From Anaerolineae bacterium (GTDB lineage: Bacteria; Chloroflexota; Anaerolineae; UBA1429), in contig OY776562.1 of assembly GCA_963675785.1 (NCBI GenBank), positions 1 through 64,000 on the forward strand: 64,000 nt of DNA, given 5' to 3'. Under the pieces are notes generated by a model that did not search any database, was not told the origin of the DNA, and saw only the letters and a list, made by a program, of their open reading frames with translations. Positions 18,449 through 29,001 of the stretch are shown here, in pieces. Within the stretch, counting starts at the first letter, position 1; each line of letters starts with the position of its first letter. A program made the position numbers and the translations under genes.

Positions 18449-20757
18449 GAGTCTACCTCCACCGTTATGGTTGTTCCGCTCCCGGGTTGGCTCTGAATAT
18501 AGAGATGAGCCCCAATGCTTGCGGCGCGCTCCCGCATTGTAACCAGGCCCATGCCGACTCCTCTTTGGGCTTTTTGTAGATCAAAACCTATGCCGTTATC
18601 GGTGATGCTGATTTCAAGCTTCTCACGAAAGTCGAGAAGCACGACAAGCTGAGTTGCTTCCGAGTGTTTGAGCGCATTATTGAGCGCTTCACTGGCGATG
18701 CGATACAACGTGTCGACGATCTGTGGCGATTCCGGCTCCTGACCTAGCACTTGCAGGCGTGTTACCAGGCCGGAGCGCCCTTCTACAGCATCCAGCCGTT
18801 TTTGCAGCGCGCTAACCAGTCCATCGCTTTCGATGTCGGGAGGGCGAAGGTCTAGCAACAGAAGGCGCATTTCTCGTAAAGCATTCTGTGAGGCTTCACT
18901 CACCTGGCGAATATGTTTTGCCGCCTTGTCATTCTGGTTTTCTTTGACGAGACGTTCGGCGGCTTGAGAATAAAAGGTGATGGCATAAAGAGACTGGGTG
19001 ACTGAATCATGCAAATCGCGCGCCAGACGGTTGCGTTCTTGTACTATTGCCAATTCCTGGGCTTTGGCACTCAACAGCGCTTTGTCCACGGCCAGCCCAA
19101 CCTGTCGGCCGATTGCAGCCAGCAGATCCATTTCTTCTTGGCTCAGGCTCATAGAGCTTTTATTGCAGAGTCCCATTGTACCCAACAAGCGCTCATCAGA
19201 GGTGACAGGCACGATGATTATGTCTGTCTGGGGTGCCTCCTCCGTTTGATTGTCGACATGCTGATGCAACAATCGGGGCTGATAGCTCCCTTCTGTTGTA
19301 CTATAAAGCTCTTGTGCCCAATCACGGCCCATTGCTTCTTGGTAGGCCTGCTGCCATTGGCCGCAATGTACGGATATGATACTGGTTTGGGTATCCGCAT
19401 CCCATATCTCGGCTTGACCGGTGTCCCAGTCCAGGGTTTCTAGCGTCTCGAGCAGGGCGTTATCTAAAATAGCCTGCAGATTGAGGGATTCGCTGGTAAC
19501 TCGCGCGATCTTGTTCAGAGTAGCCAGATCGCGGGTGCGGTCATGTACGCGTTTTTCCAGATCGGAATAGGACTCTTCCAAACGGGTCGACATGGTGTTG
19601 AATTGGACGGCCAGATCGTCCAGCTCATCTCCGGTCTTTGTTTCGATGACACGCCCAAAGTTTCCGCCAGCTACCTGTCGTGCAGCCTCGATGATGTTGG
19701 TGATAACCCGGGTAATGCGTTTCATCGCACCGCTGACCAACAACACCGGGAGTAACAGTCCCACTACTAGCGTAGCTTGTAAAAATACGCGATAGCCATA
19801 GCTAAAAGCGTTGATGCTGTCCCATGATTCTTCAGCCAACAAGTGCCAGCCCGTACTGCCTACTGCTGTGTAGGTTGCGACAACTTCTTCTTTGACGAGA
19901 TTCTCTGTACGGATAGCGCCAAAACTACTGACCAACGCTTGTTGAACGATTGAAGAGGTTGATAGGTCATGGCCGATGCTTCGGCTATCTGTGTGATAGA
20001 TGGCAGCACCGCTGGAATCGACGACATAAAGTTCTGATGATTCTGAGAGTCCCAAGCGCAGCGTTTGGCTGTGTTGAAAGAGTCGGGCGGGGGCCGAGAG
20101 TTCACTGATGGGACGCACACGTCCTTGCGAGGTGACATAGATGATGTCTTCAGGAATGTTACTGGAGGCTACGCCTCGATCAATGCTGGCATACATCGAA
20201 TTGGAAAAGCTCCGAGAGGGAACGTAGAACATGCCACCTATGACGCCGATAACTTGTAGGCGCTCGTTTCTGATGGGGACGGTAATAGCGATGACATCAC
20301 TATTGTTTGCACCAAGTGGCTCGATTTTTGAAAAGGCAGCCGAGGTTGTGCTGAACCAATCATAGACGGACCAGTCTTCTCCCAGGCGTATTGATTGAGC
20401 AGGATCAATCGCGAGCAAAATGCCATTTTCATCAAAGAGCATGGCCCCAGCATCAAATCCGGCTCCACTTGTTCGCACAATGCTGAGGATTTCCGCAGAG
20501 CTTTCAGAGATAGAGCGATCCAAATCGATCTGTTGTGCCGCATCTTCGAGAGATTGAACGGATCCATCCAGTTCGGTTGCCAGCTGTTCGGCTAGCAGAC
20601 GAACCAAGTCTAGATTCCGTTCAATGGCAAGGTCTTCAGTGGCACGCTGATAGGCCGTAAAAGTCAGCAGCGCCACTGAAAAAATAATCAGCGTTGGCGT
20701 AAAGGCCCACAAAGTGAGTTTTACTCTGAGGCCGGTGTGCCACTTTGTTTTGAACAT
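18445..20757 (-). CDS. Sensor histidine kinase (TM-Cache-TM-HAMP-GAF-HisKA_3-HATPase)
   Basis: Two TM segments, HAMP DELDDLAVQFNTM, ERNRLARDLHDSVTQ, EALNNALKHS, DNGIGF, GMGL. Confidence 0.92.
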   Translation of the reverse strand: MFKTKWHTGLRVKLTLWAFTPTLIIFSVALLTFTAYQRATEDLAIERNLDLVRLLAEQLATELDGSVQSLEDAAQQIDLDRSISESSAEILSIVRTSGAGFDAGAMLFDENGILLAIDPAQSIRLGEDWSVYDWFSTTSAAFSKIEPLGANNSDVIAITVPIRNERLQVIGVIGGMFYVPSRSFSNSMYASIDRGVASSNIPEDIIYVTSQGRVRPISELSAPARLFQHSQTLRLGLSESSELYVVDSSGAAIYHTDSRSIGHDLSTSSIVQQALVSSFGAIRTENLVKEEVVATYTAVGSTGWHLLAEESWDSINAFSYGYRVFLQATLVVGLLLPVLLVSGAMKRITRVITNIIEAARQVAGGNFGRVIETKTGDELDDLAVQFNTMSTRLEESYSDLEKRVHDRTRDLATLNKIARVTSESLNLQAILDNALLETLETLDWDTGQAEIWDADTQTSIISVHCGQWQQAYQEAMGRDWAQELYSTTEGSYQPRLLHQHVDNQTEEAPQTDIIIVPVTSDERLLGTMGLCNKSSMSLSQEEMDLLAAIGRQVGLAVDKALLSAKAQELAIVQERNRLARDLHDSVTQSLYAITFYSQAAERLVKENQNDKAAKHIRQVSEASQNALREMRLLLLDLRPPDIESDGLVSALQKRLDAVEGRSGLVTRLQVLGQEPESPQIVDTLYRIASEALNNALKHSEATQLVVLLDFREKLEISITDNGIGFDLQKAQRGVGMGLVTMRERAASIGAHLYIQSQPGSGTTITVEVDS

Positions 20758-20815
20758 GTTATGGCCATTCTTACTAGTCACTCTACGATACTGACTGTGT
20801 GATATACAGTCAAAC

Positions 20816-20847
20816 AAAACAGGGGCACCCCATTAGGGCGCCCCTGT
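20816..20847 (-). terminator. Terminator after fucI
   Basis: Stem ACAGGGGCACCC/GGGCGCCCCTGT with a T-tract on the - strand. Confidence 0.6.
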
Positions 20848-20869
20848 AAAGTGGCTAGAGTTGCAAGTG

Positions 20870-22657
20870 TTATCCGTAGATAGGTCCGAAATTGCCGCAA
20901 GCGCGGTAATCAGCGCCAACAGGATCCGAGGCGCCAAAAGCACTCCAAGAGCTGGGACGGAAGATTTGATCTTGAGGCACATTGTGCATACACACCGGGA
21001 TGCGCAGCATGGAGGCCAGGGTGATCAAATCTGCGCCAATGTGACCATAGCTGAAGGCGCCGTGGTTGGCACCCCAGTTAGCCATCACATTATAGACACT
21101 GTCGAACGGCGCTTCGCCGGTCAGCCGCGGGGCGAACCATGTGGTAGGCCAGGTGGGATCGGTGCGGGCGTTAAGCACCTCATGAATTTCGGGTTCTAGT
21201 TCGCAGGTATAGCCTTCAGCAATCTGCAGTACTGGCCCCAACCCCTTGACCAGGTTAATGCGTGTCATCGTGACAGGCATACTGCCTCGGGTTACAAAAC
21301 AGGAGGAGAACCCGCCACCTCGGAAATAACCGAGCGAACCAGGTCGCCACTCAGTGGCATCCAAACAGGCCTGGGCTTCTTCTTTGCTAATCTCCCAGAA
21401 GGGTTTCATGGCAGGCTTGCCATCAATGCTCTGCTGGCCAGTGCCGTCAAGAGCAGCAGACCCTGAATTGATGAGATGGATGATACCGTTTTCGGCCAAA
21501 CCAGTGAGTGCTTTGCCAGTAACGCGCTCGACAGCCTCAGGGCTCCAATAAGTGCGCACGTCGGCGAACACCTGGGCCGTGTTGGTAAGCAGATGGCCCA
21601 GTAGCATGGATACGCCGTTCAAGGTGTCGTTCTCGGTGGCTACGACAAAAGCTTCACGGATGCCGTTCCAATCGAAGGAAGAGTTGAGAATCGCCTCCAT
21701 AAAATCACCATTGGGCATGTGGTCGGTCCAGGCACGCTGTCCCTGGAATCCGCTAGCAATGGCGTTATGCCCCATTGCTTCTTCGCCCCAGCCGATCTCT
21801 GCAAGCGCTGGGTTACCGATCATCAAATCCTTGGCAATCAAGGTCATCTTGACGACATCACGCCAGTTCTCGTCCTTTTGCTCGCGAGAGAGCTGAACAT
21901 CCTCGGCGTTGTTATCAACACCTTCATGACAATTCTTTTTGACCCAAGCAAGGGCCTTTTCGTACTCGACCTGATCATAGATGTTGTTATCGAGGCGGCG
22001 CCGGAATTCGACCATGTCAACGTACTCACAACGCATGCCGAGGTAATCCTCAAAGAAATCCGCGTTCACCATCGAACCGGCAATACCCATGGATACCGAA
22101 CCCATCGAGAGGTAGGATTTGCCACGCATTTCGGCTACAGCCAGACCGGCGCGAGCAAAACGTAGCAACTTTTCCTTAACGTCACAAGGAATCGTGGTGT
22201 CGTCGGAATCTTGCACGTTTTGGCCATAAATGCCAAAGGCAGGCAGTCCTTTTTGTGTATGAGCAGCCAACACAGCGGCCAGATAAACAGCGCCAGGGCG
22301 TTCCGTGCCGTTAAATCCCCATACAGCCTTGGGCATAAGCGGATTCATGTCCATGGTCTCAGAACCATAACACCAACAGGGCGTTACCGTGATGGAAACG
22401 CCTACGCCTTCGCGCTCGAACTTGGCGGCACAGCGAGCTGCTTCGGCCACCCCGCCGATGCAGGTATCGGCAATCACACACTCTACACGGGTGCCGTCGG
22501 CATGTTTGAGATTATCCGAAAGCAGGCGCGCACAAGCCTTGGCCATGTTCATCGTCTGCTCTTCAAGAGATTCTCTAACCCCTTTGCGACGACCATCAAT
22601 GGTGGGGCGAATGCCAATTTTGGGGGGATTGCCAATCAAACGAGAGGTACTCGTCAT
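20870..22657 (-). CDS. fucI: L-fucose isomerase (also D-arabinose isomerase)
   Basis: [63 protein letters not shown]. Confidence 0.96.
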   Translation of the reverse strand: MTSTSRLIGNPPKIGIRPTIDGRRKGVRESLEEQTMNMAKACARLLSDNLKHADGTRVECVIADTCIGGVAEAARCAAKFEREGVGVSITVTPCWCYGSETMDMNPLMPKAVWGFNGTERPGAVYLAAVLAAHTQKGLPAFGIYGQNVQDSDDTTIPCDVKEKLLRFARAGLAVAEMRGKSYLSMGSVSMGIAGSMVNADFFEDYLGMRCEYVDMVEFRRRLDNNIYDQVEYEKALAWVKKNCHEGVDNNAEDVQLSREQKDENWRDVVKMTLIAKDLMIGNPALAEIGWGEEAMGHNAIASGFQGQRAWTDHMPNGDFMEAILNSSFDWNGIREAFVVATENDTLNGVSMLLGHLLTNTAQVFADVRTYWSPEAVERVTGKALTGLAENGIIHLINSGSAALDGTGQQSIDGKPAMKPFWEISKEEAQACLDATEWRPGSLGYFRGGGFSSCFVTRGSMPVTMTRINLVKGLGPVLQIAEGYTCELEPEIHEVLNARTDPTWPTTWFAPRLTGEAPFDSVYNVMANWGANHGAFSYGHIGADLITLASMLRIPVCMHNVPQDQIFRPSSWSAFGASDPVGADYRACGNFGPIYG

Positions 22658-22702
22658 AGGATTCTCCTTTGGTCCGTGAACGTATAGATAGACATTGTCT
22701 GC

Positions 22703-22783
22703 ATTCTAGCTGGTCGATATCGACTGTCAACCAGATAAACCAGCGCGACCCTTTTTGACACACCTTGTTGCCAGCCCTAGAAT
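22703..22783. promoter_or_regulatory. Divergent promoters for fucI (-) and the membrane protein-mutS2 pair (+)
   Basis: TTGACA-N16-TAGAAT on - (22730-22703); TTGACA-N17-TAGAAT on + (22755-22783). Confidence 0.6.
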
Positions 22784-22815
22784 CGAAGCGGCGTTCTTTT
22801 TGCAGGAGATGACAC

Positions 22816-23613
22816 GTGTCTAGAACCGAAAAGCTTGCTCAAACGACGGCTTTTGTCTCCATAGCTCTGATAGCTGCTGTATGGCTAGCCTTTCCGGCTC
22901 TGGATGCGTCTTTGCTGTTGTTTGGCAGTACTGTCAAAATTCATCTCAGCAGCGTTTGGCAATTTGGCCTGATTGCTATGGTTCTGGCCCTCATAGGCAC
23001 GCAGAGCATTATCTATTCAAAGGATTGCTCATTGGCCAGATGTGCAACATTCTGGGGGCTGCCCTGTGGCATTGTCGCTGCGGGTGTCTTTTTGATCGAT
23101 AGTTTTTCTTGGCCCCTAGGCGAGATGATTATGGCCTTATTGACCGCCCTTGGTTTTATCACGGCAGCCAATCTGCAAACCCAAACATTCAAGCAGCATT
23201 CTTCCGGTTGGTATGCCGTACGGCAGGGGCTTAGTCTGGTGGCCTATGCTGTTGCGGGTCTTCTCTTTTTTGGTGTAGCCCGCTATCAACCCGGCCTAAT
23301 ATTGACTTTGTCGGGCGTGTTTATGATTGCCCTAGGCACAGCCAGTGAAATATTCCGCAATGCTGGTGTGCCCATTCGCGAATTGTGGTTCTACTCAGCT
23401 CTTTCGGCACTGGTGATTTGCGAGCTTGAATTAGCCATCTCCTTTGTGGCCATGCCGCCTAGATTGAACGCAGGCGTCTTATTCCTCGTGTTCTATTCTA
23501 TGACGGGACTGGCGCAACAAAGTTTGCTGGGACGCCTCAACCGGCGCGTTTTGAGCGAATACGCCCTCTTGTGCACCGGCGGTCTCTTGTTTCTCTATGT
23601 GATCTTTCGCTAG
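22816..23613 (+). CDS. Multi-pass membrane protein of unknown function (DUF5656-like)
   Basis: About 8 TM helices, C-terminal FY..TGL.QQ.L.GRL.RR...EY pattern; RBS GGAG. Confidence 0.6.
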   Translation: MSRTEKLAQTTAFVSIALIAAVWLAFPALDASLLLFGSTVKIHLSSVWQFGLIAMVLALIGTQSIIYSKDCSLARCATFWGLPCGIVAAGVFLIDSFSWPLGEMIMALLTALGFITAANLQTQTFKQHSSGWYAVRQGLSLVAYAVAGLLFFGVARYQPGLILTLSGVFMIALGTASEIFRNAGVPIRELWFYSALSALVICELELAISFVAMPPRLNAGVLFLVFYSMTGLAQQSLLGRLNRRVLSEYALLCTGGLLFLYVIFR

Positions 23614-23648
23614 GTGCTCGTTTTGTTCCCCAGATTTGGAGATATGGT

Positions 23649-26039
23649 GTGATTATTGATTCCCCTTATCTGCGGACGCTCGAATTCGATCAGGTTCTGG
23701 AGCGTCTGGCAGCACATACGGCCTTTTCTGCCGGCAAAGAGCTGGCTCTTGCTCTGCGCCCCCTTACTGATGCAACGGATGTTGCCGAGCGCCTGCAGGA
23801 AACGACAGAAGCCAAGGCCTTGTTGGCCGTCAAGCCAGAAACCTCGATAGGCGGCGCTAGAGATGTGCGTGGTATAGCCTATCGTGCTGGTGTGAGCGGC
23901 CAGTTGCGACCCGAAGAATTTCTTCAGGTACGAGCGACACTGCTGAGCGCCAGGCGTTTGCGAGGCCTCTTGCTTCGCTTGGAAGACGAGTACCCCATGC
24001 TTTCCAACTATGGCTATGAGCTCCAGCCCCTTACCGAGATCGTTGAAAGCATTGACCGCTGTTTAGATGATGATGGACGCGTGCTCGATTCGGCCAGCCC
24101 GACGCTAGCGCGCGTTCGTCGCGAGGCCGCCATTGCCCGTGACCGGGTAGTAGAACGCCTGCATAGCATGATCACTTCGAGCCGCAACGAGGCTATTTTA
24201 CAGGATGCCATTGTTACCGAGCGTAATGGCCGCTATGTCATCCCCGTCAAAGCTGAGTTCAAGAGCCGTATTCCGGGCATTATTCATGATCAATCATCCA
24301 GCGGGGCAACGCTATGGATAGAGCCGCTTTCTACGGTAGACTTGAATAATCGCTGGCATCAATTGCAGTTGGAAGAGCGCGACGAGATCGAACATATTCT
24401 CTATGAACTGACTCGGGCAGTAGGTCAGGAAGCGGAGACAGTTCGTCATGATGTAGATATGCTCGCCGCGCTAGACCTCATTTTTGCCAAGGCGCTCTAC
24501 AGTTTCGAGATCAAGGCTGTGCCAGCCGAGCTTCGGACAGCCGAATGGAAGATCGGTCAAGAGGGCGAAATCTCTTCTCCTGCCGAAAATCCGCTCAACC
24601 TCATCAAGGCGCGCCACCCCTTGTTAGATACCAGTACGGTGGTACCTATCGATATCTATTCGGGTGCCGATTTTACAGCGTTGATCATCACGGGCCCCAA
24701 CACGGGTGGTAAAACGGTAGCGCTCAAGACAGTAGGGCTTTTTGCTGCTATGAATCAGGCTGGTCTGCATATTCCGGCGATGGATGGTTCGTGCCTGCCC
24801 GTTTTTTCCGGCATCTATGCCGATATTGGCGATGAGCAGAGCATCGAACAGAGCCTCTCGACGTTTTCCTCTCACATCAGTCGCATCATCGACATCTATG
24901 AACATGCCGACGAGCACTCATTGGTACTGCTTGATGAGCTAGGTGCGGGCACCGATCCGGTTGAAGGTGCGGCGTTGGCGCAGAGCCTCATCCAGGCCTT
25001 TCAGCAGAGGAATTGCTTACTCTTTGCTTCGACGCATTATTCGCAACTCAAGATTTTTGCCTATGCCACTCCTGGCGTACAAAACGCCAGTGTCGAGTTT
25101 GATGTGCAAACACTTTCGCCGACTTTTCATCTTTCGATAGGTGTTCCTGGGCGAAGTAATGCTTTTGCCATTGCCTCCAGGCTGGGTTTGGATGGAGGTA
25201 TTATCAACTATGCCGAACGCCTCATCTCGGCTGGTGATACACGCTCCGAGGAGCTGCTTTCGCGCGTCCGTGATGCCAGTGATGCGGCTGAAAGCGCCCG
25301 ATTGGAGACCGAACAGCGCCTGGCTCAGGCTCACACCTATGAAGAGCAACTGCGGGTACGGCTATCAGCCATCGAAGAGGCACGCCGCCAGGTGTTGGAG
25401 GAGGCTCGTGCTCAGGGGCGCGAGCAGCTGGCCGAACTGGAGGAACAGATACAACTTTTGCGGCGGGGATTACCAGCTGCTGCCGAGAGGCAAGAGCTGG
25501 CTGATTTGGCCGATCATATACATGAGCTTGCTGCGCAGGTAGCCCCCATCAGTGTTCAGGTGGATGAACCTGCTGATCCGGATCAGAACTTGTTGCCCGG
25601 CGATAAAGTATTTGTGACTACGCTCAAGCAGAGCGGTGAGCTTGTCTCTATCGGATCCAACGAGGCTGAAGTGATGGTGGGGGGATTCCGCCTGCGCACA
25701 CAGCCTTCTCGGTTGCGGTTTGAGTCGCGGCCCAGAAAAGAGACTGCTGCTCAGCAGATGGGCGTTGGCAGGCCTCGCCCCGAATCTCCTGGCCTTGAGC
25801 TGGATATGCGCGGTTGGCGTGCCGAAGAGGTAGCACCCGAACTGGATCCGTATCTTGACAGGGCATATCTATCCGGGTTGCCCTGGGTACGACTGATTCA
25901 CGGCAAGGGTATGGGCGTGCTGCGTCAGGTAGTTCGCCAATTTCTCGATGGCCACCCGCTGGTCTCATCCTATCGCCCAGGTGTGCCTGGTGAAGGCGGC
26001 GAGGGCGTTACGGTAGTGACGCTCATCAAAAAGAGCTAG
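23649..26039 (+). CDS. mutS2: MutS2 (ATPase, KOW and Smr domains)
   Basis: LRTLEF, HDQSSSGATL, ITGPNTGGKT, GDEQSIEQSLSTFSSH, DELGAGTDP, IHGKGMG Smr. Confidence 0.96.
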   Translation: MIIDSPYLRTLEFDQVLERLAAHTAFSAGKELALALRPLTDATDVAERLQETTEAKALLAVKPETSIGGARDVRGIAYRAGVSGQLRPEEFLQVRATLLSARRLRGLLLRLEDEYPMLSNYGYELQPLTEIVESIDRCLDDDGRVLDSASPTLARVRREAAIARDRVVERLHSMITSSRNEAILQDAIVTERNGRYVIPVKAEFKSRIPGIIHDQSSSGATLWIEPLSTVDLNNRWHQLQLEERDEIEHILYELTRAVGQEAETVRHDVDMLAALDLIFAKALYSFEIKAVPAELRTAEWKIGQEGEISSPAENPLNLIKARHPLLDTSTVVPIDIYSGADFTALIITGPNTGGKTVALKTVGLFAAMNQAGLHIPAMDGSCLPVFSGIYADIGDEQSIEQSLSTFSSHISRIIDIYEHADEHSLVLLDELGAGTDPVEGAALAQSLIQAFQQRNCLLFASTHYSQLKIFAYATPGVQNASVEFDVQTLSPTFHLSIGVPGRSNAFAIASRLGLDGGIINYAERLISAGDTRSEELLSRVRDASDAAESARLETEQRLAQAHTYEEQLRVRLSAIEEARRQVLEEARAQGREQLAELEEQIQLLRRGLPAAAERQELADLADHIHELAAQVAPISVQVDEPADPDQNLLPGDKVFVTTLKQSGELVSIGSNEAEVMVGGFRLRTQPSRLRFESRPRKETAAQQMGVGRPRPESPGLELDMRGWRAEEVAPELDPYLDRAYLSGLPWVRLIHGKGMGVLRQVVRQFLDGHPLVSSYRPGVPGEGGEGVTVVTLIKKS

Positions 26040-26043
26040 CGGG

Positions 26044-27882
26044 TCAAAGCATCTCGGCAATGGCCTCGGCTGCTTTGCGGTTCATACCGGGTACCCCCGC
26101 TAGCTCATCAATTGTGGCTGCTTTTATTGCAGAGACCGAACCGAAATGTGCCAGCAGAGCCTGGCGTCGTTTGGGGCCAACCCCGGGTATTGTGTCTAGC
26201 GCAGAGCGCACCGATTCCTGGCTGCGAAGTTTGCGGTGGTAGGTGATGGCAAAACGGTGGGCTTCATCACGGACGCGCTGTACCAAATAAAGCGCTTGCG
26301 AATCCCTTGGCAACAGCACCGATTCATCTCTCCCCGGCATAAAGAGTTCTTCGTTCTGTTTGGCCAGCCCCACTGTGGGGATATGGCTATATCCCGCGTC
26401 GGCTATCGCTTGACCGACGATGTGTAATTGGCCTTTTCCGCCATCCAAGATGATGAGGTCAGGCAAAAGGGCCCAACGGTTTTCTTTAGCACCGGGTTGG
26501 TCGCTTTTCTCGGCAGCTCTGGCCAAACGGCGTGAAAGCACTTCAGCCATAGAGGCAAAGTCGTTAGCCCCCTGCACCGTCTGAATTTTAAAGCGACGGT
26601 AATCCTGTTTGCTGGGCCTGCCGTTGATAAAGACCACCATGCTGCCCACCGAGTTTGTTCCCTGGGTGTTGGATATGTCATAGCATTCGATGCGGCTGGG
26701 CGGTTTGGGCAGGTTGAGTGCTTGCTGCAACTCGGCGATGGCCTCGGTGTGTTTTGAGCTATCGTACTCCCACTCGGCCCGCAGCCGGTCCAACGTCTCG
26801 GTGGCATTTTCTCGGGCCATATTCATCACCCGCCTTTTATCACCGCGTTTGGGCACCTTGATCACAACTTTGGTGCCTCGCCTCTGGTTGAGCCATTCTT
26901 GAATGACCCCCATCTCGTCCAGATCGAGGGGCACTAACACTTCAGGGGGGATATTGGCGGCCTCGCTATAAAACTGTTTGATAAAAGCGCCTACTGCTTC
27001 TTGCTCGCTCTCCTGACCGGCGCCATCCAATACGAAATATTCCCGACCGATGAGTCGCCCACTGCGCACAAAGAACACTTGCACACAGGCATCGCCATCC
27101 TGACGGGCAAAAGCGACGAAATCGTGGTCGTGGAGGTGCCCAGAGACGATGCGTTGCCTTTCGATAACCTTTTCTACGGCGCCGATGGTGTCGCGCAGCT
27201 CGGCGGCTCGCTCGAATTGCAGTGTCTCAGCGGAATGCGTCATTTCACCACGGAGCGATTCGAGCACATCCTCTTGTTTGCCTTCAAGGAATAAGGCGGC
27301 CTGTTTAAGAATAGCTCGATAGCTCTCTTTATCGATGGCACCAATGCAGGGACCAGTGCATCGCTTGATATGGTAATAGAGACAGGGCCGTTTATCGTGT
27401 CCAGTAATTTCGCGGTTGCAGGTACGGTAGGGAAACAGCCTCCGCAGCAATTCCAGCGTTTGGTGAACCGCTTGCGATGAGGCAAAAGGCCCAAAATATT
27501 GAGCACCATCGGGCAGCATCCGTCGCACGATCAACACATGCGGATAGTCCTCTTGCCAAGTGATTTTGATATAGGGATAGCGTTTGTCATCTTTGAGGCG
27601 GATGTTGTAATGGGGCTGGTATTTGCGAATGAGCTCGGCCTCAAGAATGAGGGCTTCGAGTTCTGAACCAGTTACGATCCATTCGATATCGGCTACTTCT
27701 TGAACCAAAAGCTCTGTTTTGGTTGTGTGCGATGCTGACTTTTGGAAATAGGAACGGACGCGATTGCGCAGCACAATCGCTTTGCCCACATAGATCACCT
27801 TGCCGCGAGCGTTCTTCATGATATAAACGCCCGGTTTTTGTGGCAGTGCAGCAAGTTGTTTGGCAATCGCTTCTGTGGCCAT
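26044..27882 (-). CDS. uvrC: Excinuclease ABC subunit C
   Basis: PGVY..YVGKA GIY-YIG, RIECYDISN, DGGKGQ, RDEAHRFAI, HhH IPGVGPKR. Confidence 0.97.
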   Translation of the reverse strand: MATEAIAKQLAALPQKPGVYIMKNARGKVIYVGKAIVLRNRVRSYFQKSASHTTKTELLVQEVADIEWIVTGSELEALILEAELIRKYQPHYNIRLKDDKRYPYIKITWQEDYPHVLIVRRMLPDGAQYFGPFASSQAVHQTLELLRRLFPYRTCNREITGHDKRPCLYYHIKRCTGPCIGAIDKESYRAILKQAALFLEGKQEDVLESLRGEMTHSAETLQFERAAELRDTIGAVEKVIERQRIVSGHLHDHDFVAFARQDGDACVQVFFVRSGRLIGREYFVLDGAGQESEQEAVGAFIKQFYSEAANIPPEVLVPLDLDEMGVIQEWLNQRRGTKVVIKVPKRGDKRRVMNMARENATETLDRLRAEWEYDSSKHTEAIAELQQALNLPKPPSRIECYDISNTQGTNSVGSMVVFINGRPSKQDYRRFKIQTVQGANDFASMAEVLSRRLARAAEKSDQPGAKENRWALLPDLIILDGGKGQLHIVGQAIADAGYSHIPTVGLAKQNEELFMPGRDESVLLPRDSQALYLVQRVRDEAHRFAITYHRKLRSQESVRSALDTIPGVGPKRRQALLAHFGSVSAIKAATIDELAGVPGMNRKAAEAIAEML

Positions 27883-27884
27883 AC

Positions 27885-28820
27885 CTAAGCCTCAAGCTCT
27901 TCAGGATACAGGGCATCACGCTTTTCTGGCGCAGCCATGCTGTCCGTCCAGAGCCAATAATAAGTATGTGCTTCTGGGCCGTCGGCCACGACGCAATAGT
28001 TACCATTGTGATCCATGGTATGTAGACAGATCGATCCACGGAAGGATGTTTTGAGGTGATGAAGGTCTTCAATAGCCTCTTTACAGGCTGCCTGCAAGCT
28101 CATACCCATCTTGAGATAAAGAACAACGGCGCGGGCTGTGCCGGCTCGGATCGCAAGCTCACCATGGCCGATGCAAGCCGCCGCGCCATAACGCGAATCG
28201 GCATAACTCCCAGCGCCAATAAGAGGAGAGTCCCCCAGGCGTCCGGGGTACTTCCAGGCCCAGCCGCTGGTAGATACGCCACTGGCTATACTGCCGGCTT
28301 CATTGCGCGCCAGATAAATGGTAGTGCCTTTGGCTGTCAACGGATCGGTTGTACGCCAAGCCAGGTCTGTGAGCGGTTCTGTTTCGAGACTTTCAGCTGA
28401 GGGTTCGCGGTTCTGGCTTTGGAGCCACTTTTGCCAGCCCTCAATGGATTCGGGCGTGAGATTTTCTCCCGCTTCCATGTTTTGTTCGGCGGCAAAACGT
28501 GCTGCGCCATATCCCACTAATAGTACATGAGGCAACTTTTCCATGACCTGACGGGCCACCGAAATGGGGTGCAGATAGCCTTGCAGCGCGCCTACGGCGC
28601 CAGTCTCCATGGTATCGCCATTCATGATGGCAGCATCGAGCTCGGCCTGACCAAGAACGTTGGGCCATCCGCCTCGCCCAACGCTATGTATGGTGGGGTC
28701 CAGCTCTACTTGCCGAATGCCATATTCGACAGAGTCGAGCACGGACTGCGTGTTTTTGAGGGTGTTTGCGGCAATAGGCATGCCGACGCCGGCTATTGAG
28801 TTGGCAATGATGATTTGCAT
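27885..28820 (-). CDS. Asparaginase-2 family Ntn-hydrolase (isoaspartyl peptidase / glycosylasparaginase-like)
   Basis: SVGRGGWPN, ELDAAIMNG, PHVLLVG, GT nucleophile, STSG..WK.PGRLGDSP. Confidence 0.88.
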   Translation of the reverse strand: MQIIIANSIAGVGMPIAANTLKNTQSVLDSVEYGIRQVELDPTIHSVGRGGWPNVLGQAELDAAIMNGDTMETGAVGALQGYLHPISVARQVMEKLPHVLLVGYGAARFAAEQNMEAGENLTPESIEGWQKWLQSQNREPSAESLETEPLTDLAWRTTDPLTAKGTTIYLARNEAGSIASGVSTSGWAWKYPGRLGDSPLIGAGSYADSRYGAAACIGHGELAIRAGTARAVVLYLKMGMSLQAACKEAIEDLHHLKTSFRGSICLHTMDHNGNYCVVADGPEAHTYYWLWTDSMAAPEKRDALYPEELEA

Positions 28821-29001
28821 GAGTCACTCCTGTGGCAAGGTCAAACCGCATTGTAGTCGAAAACTGCCAGTGTTCAAGTTTCCATAACCAAAGACGTTTG
28901 ACGCTGTTACCTGGCAAGATTATACTGCGCCCGATGCTTAGGCGTGTCATTCGCTGTAAGGCGAGTTGAGTTGTGCTCTCGATAGGGTTTGGAGGACGAG
29001 G

